A DNA stretch of 36,043 bases from Nanobdellota archaeon (GCA_051819785.1 JBNJGV010000006.1:1-36043); one strand, 5' to 3'; counted from the first letter of the stretch, positions 27,325 through 36,043 are shown. Notes: a model not told the origin generated them from the sequence alone. Translations and numbers: made by a program.

Positions 27325-30048
27325 ATGGGGGGAGAATATAGACTAAAAACCTTTTTGGGATTATTAATTATTATATCTGTCCTTTGTGTGCCTGTTTTTG
27401 GATATACCATTAAAGGAGGGGAAATCCATCTTGTTAGACCCAACAATAATTACATTGATTCGAATCATATTCCTCCTGAATATCTTTCGAATGAAGATTT
27501 ATTTTTCTACACTTGTATAGAAGAGGAAAATGTTCCCTTAAGAACAAGTGTTCTCTGCAAAGATGATAATAGTTTTCAGGATATTGATTTATATAATTGG
27601 GATAAGGGAAGCAATTGTTACCTAGGTTCTTATGATTTAAATGAGAAAGATTGCAGGAATATAGTAATTGAATCTGAGTATGTAAAAGATGAAGAAGTAA
27701 TGAAAATTAGAAAAGAACTCCAGGTTAACAGGTTCTCGTCTCTTTTAGATCTTGTAAGCACTGAACAATACAGTGATGGTGGTTGGAAAAACGCCACAGA
27801 AACAGCATCGGGTATATGGGTTTTAAGCAATTATAGGGATATTTTTGATGATGAAATTGTTCTAGCAAACAAGTGGCTAAAACTTAATAGGAACAATGAG
27901 ATGAAATGTTGGCCGAATGAAGATTGTGATGTGAGGGATACAGCAAAAATATTATCTTTTTTGACTTTGGCTGAAAATAATGATTCATTAAGGATTATGC
28001 ATGATGGTAATATTTTCCTTAAGAAAAAGCAAAATTATTATGAGCCTGGAGACAAGTGGAATTTAACCATTAATCCTTTTGAGGATGGCATTACTGAATG
28101 TGTTATCACTTATAAACGTAATCATTTGAATGATAAAGAGTTTAAGATTAATGAGAATCAAACACAATATTACCAATTGGATGCTTCTTATGGCGAAAGG
28201 TTGATTGTTATTTGTGATCAGAATATAGATGCTAATCTGGCTACTGACAAGGGGGAGGAAGTTTTTATCTATGAGGGGGACAATTTAACCTATACTTTAC
28301 CATATGCTTGTTGGCCGAGGGATGATCAATGGGGTAAGTGTGACCCTCGTGCTACGCTTTATGCAATGACAACTGATATAGATCAAACCAGAAAAGATGC
28401 AGCTTATCAATATTTGGAAGATAAAAGAGAACAAGCCAGAGGAGAGGAAGAATTTGTTGAAGCAGGAGATAACCTCGTTAATACAGCTCTTTATTCCTTT
28501 GTTTTGGGTAATAATTCTGTTTCAAAATATAATAAAGAAGGCTTGGTTGCTTGGCTTCGTTTTAGGCAAAATAATAATGGTAGTTGGGGGTATGGTGGGT
28601 TCCAGGAAATGATAAAGCCTACTGGATTTTCGATACAGGGTTTAATGTCAAATGGTTTCTCAAGGAACCACGAGGTTATACAGGATGCTGAAAGCTGGAT
28701 TAATAATAGAGAGCTTGAACTTTCTAAAAACAAAACTGCTGAATATAAGGGATGGAATTCCACAGAAAAAAATGCTCTTGCTTTTACTGTTCTTAAGAAT
28801 AACGCTCGGCCTGTTCTTAAGTTCTCACCCAAAATAATAATTCTGGACAAGAATAATAAAGAAGTTGATGTATATAACCCTACAACATTTCCTTTGGAGG
28901 ATGTCACGTATGAATTTTCTGATAATTTGAAAGATAAAGTTAAGATAGAGAAAAAGAGAGAATTAATTCCTGCTTTTAGTTATGTGAAGCTTAAACTTCA
29001 AAAGAACAAAAAAGAGTTAAGCAATATACATGGCTACTTAACAATTTATAATCTTGGAAAAGAAATTACCAGAGTTCCTGTTATGGTCGCAAATTTTCCT
29101 ACAATCAAAATAAATCCTAAAAAGGACCACCTTAAAGTATTCGGAAAAAGCTCACCCTTATATTTTAATGTGGATAAAACAAGTCATAATTTTGATTGCA
29201 AACTTACATGGGATGAAGAGGACATATCTTCTAAGACCGATTTAAGAATCAATAGCAATAGTCTAAAAATAGATGTCAGTTTTGATAAGGCAGAGAGGCT
29301 CGAAAACACTTATCATGGGGAATTTGAATGTAAAGCTATGAATCAGGATTTTGTGCTTCCCTTTTCAATTGATATAAGTAGGTATGCCACTTTTCCCTTT
29401 ACTGTAGAGCCCCAGCGAATAAAAGTAAACAAAACTTCGCAAAATAAAAATTTCACGATTAAGAATAATCTTGATGAGAGCCTGCAGGTTGATGTTGATT
29501 TCCAGCGTAATACTGGCGACTTTGGTTTTTCATCTACTTCAGTTGTTGTTGACCCTAACGGTGAAGAATCAATTACTATTTACAATAATGCCGCTCCCTT
29601 AACTAACATCACTCATACTAACACTATTAAGGTTAATGCTTTAGACCAGGAAAAGACAATAAATTTTAGGGCTTTTATATATCATGATAAGGAGAAAAAA
29701 GAAAGCGGATTGTTTTTTTGGGTATTTTTGGTAGTATTTATTGTTCTTTTGGGTGTCTTAGGATATCTTTCGTATTTTTATAAAGATTTTTTTCTTAATC
29801 TTTTCAAGAAAGAGAGCAGTGTTGATAAAGTAAAGATGAAAATTAAAAAACTTGAACAAAAAGAAAAAAATACAGCAGTCCTTAATATGATCCAGATAAT
29901 GAGGATGCAAAATAAGGAAGAAAAAGATATAAAGGGCCGTTTAAAGGAGGAAGGCTTTTCTGATGAAGAGATTGATAACGGCTTTAAATTAGAAAAAGGT
30001 GAAGTTGAGGAAAGTTCAGGGGATGAAGATAATAAAGCAAATTCATAA
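27325..30048 (+). CDS. Large membrane-anchored surface protein with prenyltransferase/squalene-cyclase-like QW repeats and Ig-like domains
   Basis: Signal peptide; QYSDGGW and QNNNGSWG motifs; Cys pairs; beta-rich C-terminal half; TM helix LFFWVFLVVFIVLLGVLGYL; upstream TATA TTTAAATA (leaderless). Confidence 0.7.
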   Translation: MGGEYRLKTFLGLLIIISVLCVPVFGYTIKGGEIHLVRPNNNYIDSNHIPPEYLSNEDLFFYTCIEEENVPLRTSVLCKDDNSFQDIDLYNWDKGSNCYLGSYDLNEKDCRNIVIESEYVKDEEVMKIRKELQVNRFSSLLDLVSTEQYSDGGWKNATETASGIWVLSNYRDIFDDEIVLANKWLKLNRNNEMKCWPNEDCDVRDTAKILSFLTLAENNDSLRIMHDGNIFLKKKQNYYEPGDKWNLTINPFEDGITECVITYKRNHLNDKEFKINENQTQYYQLDASYGERLIVICDQNIDANLATDKGEEVFIYEGDNLTYTLPYACWPRDDQWGKCDPRATLYAMTTDIDQTRKDAAYQYLEDKREQARGEEEFVEAGDNLVNTALYSFVLGNNSVSKYNKEGLVAWLRFRQNNNGSWGYGGFQEMIKPTGFSIQGLMSNGFSRNHEVIQDAESWINNRELELSKNKTAEYKGWNSTEKNALAFTVLKNNARPVLKFSPKIIILDKNNKEVDVYNPTTFPLEDVTYEFSDNLKDKVKIEKKRELIPAFSYVKLKLQKNKKELSNIHGYLTIYNLGKEITRVPVMVANFPTIKINPKKDHLKVFGKSSPLYFNVDKTSHNFDCKLTWDEEDISSKTDLRINSNSLKIDVSFDKAERLENTYHGEFECKAMNQDFVLPFSIDISRYATFPFTVEPQRIKVNKTSQNKNFTIKNNLDESLQVDVDFQRNTGDFGFSSTSVVVDPNGEESITIYNNAAPLTNITHTNTIKVNALDQEKTINFRAFIYHDKEKKESGLFFWVFLVVFIVLLGVLGYLSYFYKDFFLNLFKKESSVDKVKMKIKKLEQKEKNTAVLNMIQIMRMQNKEEKDIKGRLKEEGFSDEEIDNGFKLEKGEVEESSGDEDNKANS

Positions 30049-30160
30049 TTTCTAAGAAAATTAATCATTCAGATTAATAATATTTTAGGTTAAATGCAGT
30101 TGTATGTGTTTAATGGGATAAAATCTCTTTTTTGTTACCTGAATAATTGTTTATAAGTAA

Positions 30161-30281
30161 TGGGCCCGCCCGGATTTGAACCGGGGACCCCCGCCGTGTC
30201 GAGGCGATGTCATCTGCGGCGTGCTACATTTCAGCCATATTTTTGGTTAAATTTTGCACGTAGCCGCTAGACCACGGGCCC
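30161..30281 (-). tRNA. tRNA-Val(GAC) with a 48-nt intron in the D-loop (exon 1 30281-30262, intron 30261-30214, exon 2 30213-30161)
   Basis: Spliced form GGGCCCG TG GTCT AGCGGCTA TGAC A TCGCC TCGACAC GGCGG GGGTC CCCGG TTCAAAT CCGGG CGGGCCC A folds as a cloverleaf; no encoded CCA; TATA box about 25 nt upstream. Confidence 0.93.
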
Positions 30282-30361
30282 TTATGGTTTATGAGAATTT
30301 GCTTATTTAAATAGATTTCCTTATGTACTTTAAAACTTGCAATATTGTTTTTGTGTTATTG

Positions 30362-30568
30362 AAAATCTCGGGAGAGAGTCTATCGAAAACTTAACAGTTT
30401 TCTCGGACCCTGATTATTCCATTATGTATCTAAAATTAAAAATTAGTGGAATAATCAGATTTGAATAGGGGTAAAATACCCCGCCTAAAGCCGGGGATAA
30501 CAAAAATTCATCGAATTTTTGGAACAAGAAATGAAAACATTTCTTTGTAGCCGTCTTGCGTCGATTTT
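30362..30568. other. Multi-hairpin non-coding element (MITE/REP-like or structured RNA)
   Basis: Perfect 12-bp inverted repeat (30410-30421/30447-30458) plus further hairpins GAAAAC/GTTTTC, GGGGTA/TACCCC, CCCCG/CGGGG, CAAAAATTC/GAATTTTTG, AAGAAATG/CATTTCTT. Confidence 0.6.
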
Positions 30569-30609
30569 TTGTTATTGATAAAATTTCGGTTAGTTTCTTG
30601 TAAATCTTT

Positions 30610-31761
30610 TTATTCCAGGAGTTTCCTTTTTAATTCGTACATAATATCTTTTTCTATACTTTCTTTATTGTTTTTGAAGTCATCAAGCTTTTCTCTTTCA
30701 CAGAAATATCTCGTGGGGATATAAAGCTTTCCTGCATTTTTTCTTCCACCACCTTTGGCTCCTTCAAACTTATTCATTAGCTCGAAATAGTTCATATCTG
30801 TTTTGTAAGTTCTGATGGACATTTCCACAAAATGTTCATCAAACCCGAATAAATAAGCAGTGCCTATGTTTTCCTCAGTAAGCATCTCATTTGCGACTAC
30901 AGGAATGGCATCCCTACTATTTTTAACAAAAGTTCCAATGGTGGAAATAATGCTATAATCATTTCCAACCACTTTCTTATCGGGTCTGTTAGATTCTCTA
31001 AAATATAGTGCTTTGCCTTTGGCATTATAAAACTCTTTAGTTCCTTTCCTTTTATAAAATTCACTAGTTAAACTATGATTTACTTTTGAAGCAATTGAGG
31101 TGAGCATAGAAAAATCAAAATCAGTAGCTCCAAATCTTAAATGGTTAGTGTCTATATTAATTCCTAAGTAAATGAGGTTATATATCTTTTGTAAATTATC
31201 ATCACTCAGATATTGGTTTGCTCCTTGGTTTAGGTATTCGATTAATATTGAACTTGCTGCACCTACATCCCTGCAATCCAGAAGTTCTCCTCCTGATACA
31301 TTTTCACAATCGTGATGATCAATTATAGCACTGATTTCATTATCTTTAATTTTGCCTTCCCTATACCATTTGCAATTCATGCCGTGATGGTCAACAAATA
31401 TAAATTTGTTAAAATACTGGGGATACAGGAATTCTAAGTCTTTTTTATTTCTGTGTTCATAATTCCAGTATAGAACATCGCTTGTAGAAGAAAACCTGTA
31501 GGTGTTGTCGTACATTCCAATATTTTCAAGAAATTCTTTGGTTTGGCAATCTGTTTTTCCTGAGAATAAAAGGTATGTATTAAAGTCTTTTCTTTTATTG
31601 TCATATGTAAAGCCCATACCTTCAATTATTTTTTTGATTCCAAAACCTAACGCGATGCAATCCATATCAGGATTATCATGCATAATTATCCCGAATCTTG
31701 TATCTGGCTCGTGCTCAAGTACAATGTTTTCAAGTTCTTGCCATTTACTCATAAGGTTCAA
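30610..31761 (-). CDS. DHH/DHHA1 family phosphoesterase (NrnA-like)
   Basis: IMHDNPDMDC, FVDHH, IIDHH, GINIDT, DHHA1 GGGRKNAG. Confidence 0.88.
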   Translation of the reverse strand: MNLMSKWQELENIVLEHEPDTRFGIIMHDNPDMDCIALGFGIKKIIEGMGFTYDNKRKDFNTYLLFSGKTDCQTKEFLENIGMYDNTYRFSSTSDVLYWNYEHRNKKDLEFLYPQYFNKFIFVDHHGMNCKWYREGKIKDNEISAIIDHHDCENVSGGELLDCRDVGAASSILIEYLNQGANQYLSDDNLQKIYNLIYLGINIDTNHLRFGATDFDFSMLTSIASKVNHSLTSEFYKRKGTKEFYNAKGKALYFRESNRPDKKVVGNDYSIISTIGTFVKNSRDAIPVVANEMLTEENIGTAYLFGFDEHFVEMSIRTYKTDMNYFELMNKFEGAKGGGRKNAGKLYIPTRYFCEREKLDDFKNNKESIEKDIMYELKRKLLE

Positions 31762-31951
31762 GCCCTTTTACTGCTAAAAACTGGGCTGGAGAACCCATGT
31801 CTTATTTAAAAGTTTTTATTATTTAGTAGTACACGTCTCATAAGGGAAAATAATTATATGTAAATGTTTATTTTTAAAATAATTTACAGAAATAAACTTT
31901 TGATACTGATTATATTCTTAATCAATAATCAATTTATGTATTTTTTTATTC

Positions 31952-32497
31952 TTATTTTTTCATTAAGTCATGTATTATTTTTTCTGCATTTATTTTTTTT
32001 AAAAAATTAGAAACATTGGGGTCAAGATATTTTTCCCATTTTTTCCCCTTGTTTATAATCTCTCTAACCTTTGTGGCAGATAGGTTCTTATATTTAGAGG
32101 TAAAATCAACACCTGGTGTGAGGATTTTATAATTTTTAGAGTAAATAGTGAAACAACCGATTGTATGCGGATTTCCTGAAATCAGGCAAGTGTGGTTTTG
32201 GCTGCTTCCGGTAATTTTTTCAACATGTTTAGCATAATCCTCATCGTGTTTGATATCAGGTATTTTCCTTACTTCTATTAAGTTAGAATTGAATACCAGA
32301 CCAATCATTTCCTTTACTTCTTCAAATTTGAAAGGGTATTTTTTAGTTCTGAAATCTCCATTATTTCCTATTCCTATTATTATCCTACTGAATCCCTTGG
32401 ATTTTGTTTTTTCTATTAAATCTATATGACCTAAATGAAATGGTTGGAATCTTCCTATAATTAAGGCTTCTTTTTTTCTTTTTTTTGCATCAGTCAT
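31952..32497 (-). CDS. nadM: Nicotinamide-nucleotide adenylyltransferase (archaeal NMNAT, cytidylyltransferase-like fold)
   Basis: IGRFQPFHLGH (HxGH), IPDI, SGNP, LSATKVRE. Confidence 0.85.
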   Translation of the reverse strand: MTDAKKRKKEALIIGRFQPFHLGHIDLIEKTKSKGFSRIIIGIGNNGDFRTKKYPFKFEEVKEMIGLVFNSNLIEVRKIPDIKHDEDYAKHVEKITGSSQNHTCLISGNPHTIGCFTIYSKNYKILTPGVDFTSKYKNLSATKVREIINKGKKWEKYLDPNVSNFLKKINAEKIIHDLMKK

Positions 32498-32646
32498 TTT
32501 ATCTTCAAATAATGGTGTTTGTCAATAATTATAAAAAATAAACTTAATTTTAATTAAAAATTCCTTTTAAATTTTTTTTTAATAGGGAGCTTTTGATTTT
32601 ATAAAAAGCGAAAATTATATATATTTTCTGATGATGTGGCTATATT

Positions 32647-33183
32647 ATGGCAGATGATGAACCAGCAGTGTTAAAAGGACAAACTTGTCCAATGTGCAAC
32701 AAGGATACATTGACTTTGACTGAGCAAGAGCGCGAGGTTCCTTATTTAGGGAATGTATTTTTATTCTCGATGCGGTGCTCAAATTGTGGATACAAAAAAT
32801 CAGATGTTGAATCCTCTGAAGAGAGAGAACCTGTTAAATATACTTTTGATATCGAATCAGAGGATGATTTACAGGTAAGGTTTGTTAAATCAGCCCAGGC
32901 TACAGTTAAACTTCCTAGAATTCTTACTATTGAGCCTGGTGTGGCTTCCGTAGGTTACATCACTAATATTGAAGGTTTACTTGTACGAGCAAAAGATGTA
33001 ATTGAGGCCACCCGTGATAGTACTGAAGATAACGATGAAAAGAAGAAGTGTAGGAAACTTATAAAAAAGTTAATGCGAGTTATGCAAGGGAAAGACCGCT
33101 TAAAGATTACTGTAGAAGACCCATCTGGAAATAGTGCTATTATTTCTGAAAAGGCAGTAAAATCAAACACAAAAAAAAAATAG
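32647..33183 (+). CDS. ZPR1 zinc-finger protein
   Basis: CPMC...VPYLG...CSNCGYK, ITNIEGLL, EDPSGNSAI. Confidence 0.95.
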   Translation: MADDEPAVLKGQTCPMCNKDTLTLTEQEREVPYLGNVFLFSMRCSNCGYKKSDVESSEEREPVKYTFDIESEDDLQVRFVKSAQATVKLPRILTIEPGVASVGYITNIEGLLVRAKDVIEATRDSTEDNDEKKKCRKLIKKLMRVMQGKDRLKITVEDPSGNSAIISEKAVKSNTKKK

Positions 33184-33211
33184 AATCTATAAATAAATTT
33201 TAACTGAAAAA

Positions 33212-33391
33212 TTATTGCTTTTCCATATAACCACATTTGCCGCATGTCTTGCGATCCTTATGGTTAGCCAAGAATACTGATGGACCGCACTTAGGGCAAG
33301 TCTTATTCTTTCTTTCTAATTTATTGTTATTTACTGAATAATTGTTGCTTACCTTGCTGGTCCTTTTATCGTTTCTTTTTTTCTTACCCAA
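33212..33391 (-). CDS. rps27ae: 30S ribosomal protein S27ae (not in the ORF track)
   Basis: Manual translation from a TTG start: MGKKKRNDKRTSKVSNNYSVNNNKLERKNKTCPKCGPSVFLANHKDRKTCGKCGYMEKQ; SD GGAGG lies within the end of rps24e. Confidence 0.95.
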   Translation of the reverse strand: MGKKKRNDKRTSKVSNNYSVNNNKLERKNKTCPKCGPSVFLANHKDRKTCGKCGYMEKQ

Positions 33392-33393
33392 TT

Positions 33394-33756
33394 TTATTCC
33401 TCCTTATTTTCAGGATTTTCTTCTGCAGTCTCTTTTGTCTCCTCTTGTTCAGTTTTTTCTTCTTTACTGTTTTCTTTTTCAGCAGGCTTATTTTTTTCAA
33501 TAAGATTCTTTCTTTCAAGCTTTTCAAGAGTTTCCCTATCCTTATAAACATGGGCAATAATTTTCATATTTGTTTCCCCGAACCTTGTATAAATGTGCTT
33601 TATTATTACTAGTTCAGGTTTAGTCTTTGCTTTCTTGGCAAGTTGCGATAGAACCTCTTTTCTTGAAGGTGTCGCCTTTTCATGATGTGCCCATGCTGTA
33701 ATTCTTTTCCTTGATAGTAATGGGGTCTCTTTTTCTTTTGTTATTTCGATTTCCAT
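33394..33756 (-). CDS. rps24e: 30S ribosomal protein S24e
   Basis: KETPLLSRKRI, ATPSRKEV, IYTRFG, AHVY; conserved operon position. Confidence 0.95.
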   Translation of the reverse strand: MEIEITKEKETPLLSRKRITAWAHHEKATPSRKEVLSQLAKKAKTKPELVIIKHIYTRFGETNMKIIAHVYKDRETLEKLERKNLIEKNKPAEKENSKEEKTEQEETKETAEENPENKEE

Positions 33757-33761
33757 TCTTA

Positions 33762-33950
33762 TTACCTTATTTTGATTGCGAATTCTCCTTTTGTTTCAAT
33801 TCCCATTTTCTCCGCAACTATTGACCTTTTTGGATCGATGATTAGCACCTTTCCCATCCAATTATTTGCGAAAGTCTCACCCTTACAATTAGGGCATTGG
33901 TTACCATCTATGAACATTTTACATTTTTTGCAGACTTTTTTTTTTGTCAT
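33762..33950 (-). CDS. spt4: Transcription elongation factor Spt4 (RpoE'')
   Basis: CKKC...CPNC, WMGKVLIIDP.RS.VAEKMGI...GEFAIKIR. Confidence 0.96.
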   Translation of the reverse strand: MTKKKVCKKCKMFIDGNQCPNCKGETFANNWMGKVLIIDPKRSIVAEKMGIETKGEFAIKIR

Positions 33951-33956
33951 TTTAAC

Positions 33957-34514
33957 CTAACTTGATTTGCTTTTAGATGATTGTTTCTCTTCCTCGAGCC
34001 ATTCTAGTTTGCCCATTCCTTCTTGTCTCATGGTAAGACCTATTTTTGGGTTTGAAATGTCTTTATAACTGACTGCAATGACTCTTGCTCTACACATGTC
34101 ATCAACCTTAAGATTCCTTCTTGTTTCTTTTCCTAATAGAACTTTATCCTTTCCAAATGAAACATAATCATTCATTGTCTGGGATATGTGAATCATTCCC
34201 TCAGCAGGTCCCATTGACATAAATGCTCCAAAATCTGCAATGTCTTTTACTCTACCAAGAATTACTTCTTGCAATTCCGGCTTAAAAGTCAATAGTTCAA
34301 ATTTAACCTTGTAATAGGGAGCTCCGTCTCCAGGTATTATGACTCCTTTTCCGACTTCATTGACTTTTGAAACATCAATTACAATTCCCAAGGCTTGCGA
34401 AATGTAACCTTCATATTTTTTCTTAATCATCTCAATGATTGCTCCATTGAGATCAAGGTTGAATTGGTCTGGTGAGACACGTATATGGTCTTTAATTGTT
34501 GTTTTGTAAAACAT
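33957..34514 (-). CDS. rpoE1: DNA-directed RNA polymerase subunit E' (Rpo7)
   Basis: IIPGDGA.Y, FKPELQEV, FGAF..MGPAEGMIHISQ, KIGLTMRQ.G.GKLEW; start reassigned to ATG 34514 (MFYK). Confidence 0.97.
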   Translation of the reverse strand: MFYKTTIKDHIRVSPDQFNLDLNGAIIEMIKKKYEGYISQALGIVIDVSKVNEVGKGVIIPGDGAPYYKVKFELLTFKPELQEVILGRVKDIADFGAFMSMGPAEGMIHISQTMNDYVSFGKDKVLLGKETRRNLKVDDMCRARVIAVSYKDISNPKIGLTMRQEGMGKLEWLEEEKQSSKSKSS

Positions 34515-34515
34515 T

Positions 34516-34905
34516 TTAATCTGCAATTCCTCTAATTTCTATAAATTTTTTTTGCCTCATATAAATGTACTTTTTTAAACGCCTTTTTAGCCCTAAATCT
34601 TGTGTTGCGATTATGTAATCTTTTTTTGAAAGTTCAACAAGAGCATCATCAACATGTTCTTCTCCGGTTTTTATAACTTTAAGATCTTTCCTTTTCAAAA
34701 GACCTAAGGCGATTCTTGCTGCGCTTTTGTCTTTCCCTTTACCACTTTGTTCGAGTTTTTCCAATTCTTTTATAGTTCCGCTGGCAACAAACAATTCAAC
34801 AGGTTTGTAAAATGCATTTTTTATCTCTTCAAAGATATCCACACATTCTTGCCCCGGAATCATTAAAAAATTGGTGTCTAAAATCACCTTTGCTGAATCA
34901 GACAT
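34516..34905 (-). CDS. PIN-domain protein (Fcf1/Utp24-like)
   Basis: VILDTNFLM, ELEKL, HVDDALV, IATQD..LKRRL; conserved position upstream of rpoE1. Confidence 0.9.
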   Translation of the reverse strand: MSDSAKVILDTNFLMIPGQECVDIFEEIKNAFYKPVELFVASGTIKELEKLEQSGKGKDKSAARIALGLLKRKDLKVIKTGEEHVDDALVELSKKDYIIATQDLGLKRRLKKYIYMRQKKFIEIRGIAD

Positions 34906-35041
34906 CTTGATGCAAAAGTGGACATCTCTTTAAAAATGTATTGTTTTTAATTACTTAAACAGATTCAGCGGAAAGGTCACTTATTTAAAAAGGTTACGAA
35001 ATTTATTTTATATTTTTCCTTTTTTTTGCTTGTTGCAAGGG

Positions 35042-36043
35042 TCAGTAGTTAATTCTTCCTCTTGCCTTTTCAGCAAGTTGTAATCTTCTAACAGCTTTCA
35101 TGTACGCAGCTGTTCTCAGGTCTATATCATTTTCTTTCATAAGTTTGTAACAGTCATAAAAGGCTTCTTTCATTTTTTTGTGGAGCTTTTTATTCGTTTT
35201 TTCTTCAGACCATTTTTGCCCACTTAAACCTAAGAACCACTCAAAGTACGAAACAGTTACTCCTCCCGCATTAGCGAGTATATCTGGTAAGATATTTATT
35301 CCTCGTTTAGTAAGGCTTTTTTCAGCCTCTATACTAACTGGCCCATTCGCAAGCTCAACAATAAAATCTGTTTTTATTTTATTTGCATTCTTGGTGGTAA
35401 TTGTGTTTGAGAGCGCTGCAAGGCATAATATGTTTGTCTCAATTGCTAAGAGCTCTTCATGTTTGATTTCTTTATCAAATCCTTTGACTGTTGAGTATTT
35501 TTCTTTATATTCAATAAGTTTGTCTATGTCAATTCCTGCTTCATTATATATAGCAGCTGTACTATCAGAGACAGCTATAATCTTTTGTTCTTCAAATCCA
35601 AGTATTTTGGCAATGTTTTGTCCTGCATTTCCAAACCCATGAATCGCGACAGAAAGTCCGGTGCTTTTATATCCAAATACATCAAGGGCTTCTCTTAGAA
35701 CATAATAAGCACCTTTGCTTGTTGCATATTCTCTTGCCTTATTCCCTCCGATAATTTCAGGTTTTCCAGTTACTACAGATGGGCTTTGTTTTCCATTAAT
35801 CTTATTGAATTCATCCATCATCCAGCCCATTATTTCTGGATTTGTATAAACATCAGGGGCAGGAATATCTTTTTCTGGCCCTATGTCATTTTTAAGTTGG
35901 CGTACAAATTCACGGCTTAGAATTTCTAATTCTTCTTTTTCGAATTCTTTTGGATTGATAAGAATACTTCCCTTTGCTCCTCCATAAGGCAAACCCATTA
36001 ATGCATTTTTTATAGTCATCCAGAATGCGAGGGCCTTTGTGTG
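35042..36043 (-). CDS. gdhA: Glu/Leu/Phe/Val dehydrogenase (glutamate dehydrogenase), 5' end outside the window
   Basis: Frame open to the window edge (HTKALAFWMTIK); GGAKG, DIPAPDV, VTGKP, GFGNAG, ELANGP, PDILANAGGVTVSYFEW. Confidence 0.93.
   Translation of the reverse strand, partial: HTKALAFWMTIKNALMGLPYGGAKGSILINPKEFEKEELEILSREFVRQLKNDIGPEKDIPAPDVYTNPEIMGWMMDEFNKINGKQSPSVVTGKPEIIGGNKAREYATSKGAYYVLREALDVFGYKSTGLSVAIHGFGNAGQNIAKILGFEEQKIIAVSDSTAAIYNEAGIDIDKLIEYKEKYSTVKGFDKEIKHEELLAIETNILCLAALSNTITTKNANKIKTDFIVELANGPVSIEAEKSLTKRGINILPDILANAGGVTVSYFEWFLGLSGQKWSEEKTNKKLHKKMKEAFYDCYKLMKENDIDLRTAAYMKAVRRLQLAEKARGRINY

Noticed and set aside
30049-30281. tRNA as an integration site of a genomic island
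   Set aside because: No duplicated tRNA 3' end or integrase was seen in the window
30362-30568. Possible RNase P or SRP RNA
   Set aside because: I could not find the P4 consensus (GAGGAAAGUCC...) or an SRP helix-8 motif on either strand, and the region is short and AT-rich
2304-35642. Numerous short antisense or alternate-frame ORFs in the track (e.g. 5423-5902, 9569-9967, 10763-11170, 19447-19971, 22620-23036, 28491-28907, 35178-35642)
   Set aside because: They overlap well-supported genes, have S/F/L/I-rich shadow composition and show no recognisable motifs
35042-36019. gdhA as an N-terminally truncated pseudogene
   Set aside because: The reading frame stays open to the window edge, so the truncation is a window artefact

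Overview
AT-rich archaeal chromosomal segment, most consistent with a DPANN lineage such as Woesearchaeota. The taxonomy is inferred from archaeal ftsZ-secE-spt5 and PIN-rpoE1-spt4-rps24e-rps27ae clusters, TATA-type and often leaderless promoters, ZPR1, a BHB-intron tRNA, and several large membrane-anchored surface proteins. Housekeeping genes include scpA, smc, rnhB, an FKBP-type PPIase, ftsZ, secE, spt5, NMN adenylyltransferase, rpoE1, spt4, two ribosomal proteins (rps27ae was missed by the ORF track) and a 5'-truncated glutamate dehydrogenase. The most unusual items are: (1) a stand-alone, pore-less voltage-sensor-domain protein with nine i+3 basic residues and a charged helical tail, followed by a wHTH/coiled-coil gene and a PIG-L + GT4 pair; (2) a UvrD-type helicase lacking most of 2B and flanked by RecQ-type RQC and HRDC domains; (3) an alpha-glucan operon (GT4, GH57) with two DUF5752-like proteins, one carrying a long repeat-rich disordered linker and a terminal amphipathic helix; (4) tRNA-Val(GAC) with a 48-nt D-loop BHB intron and C33; (5) a multi-hairpin non-coding element with an IS200/IS605-like end hairpin; (6) a prepilin peptidase with a triplicated cytoplasmic module; (7) paired palindromic operators flanking a TATA box. 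No CRISPR array, rRNA, transposase or integrase was seen.
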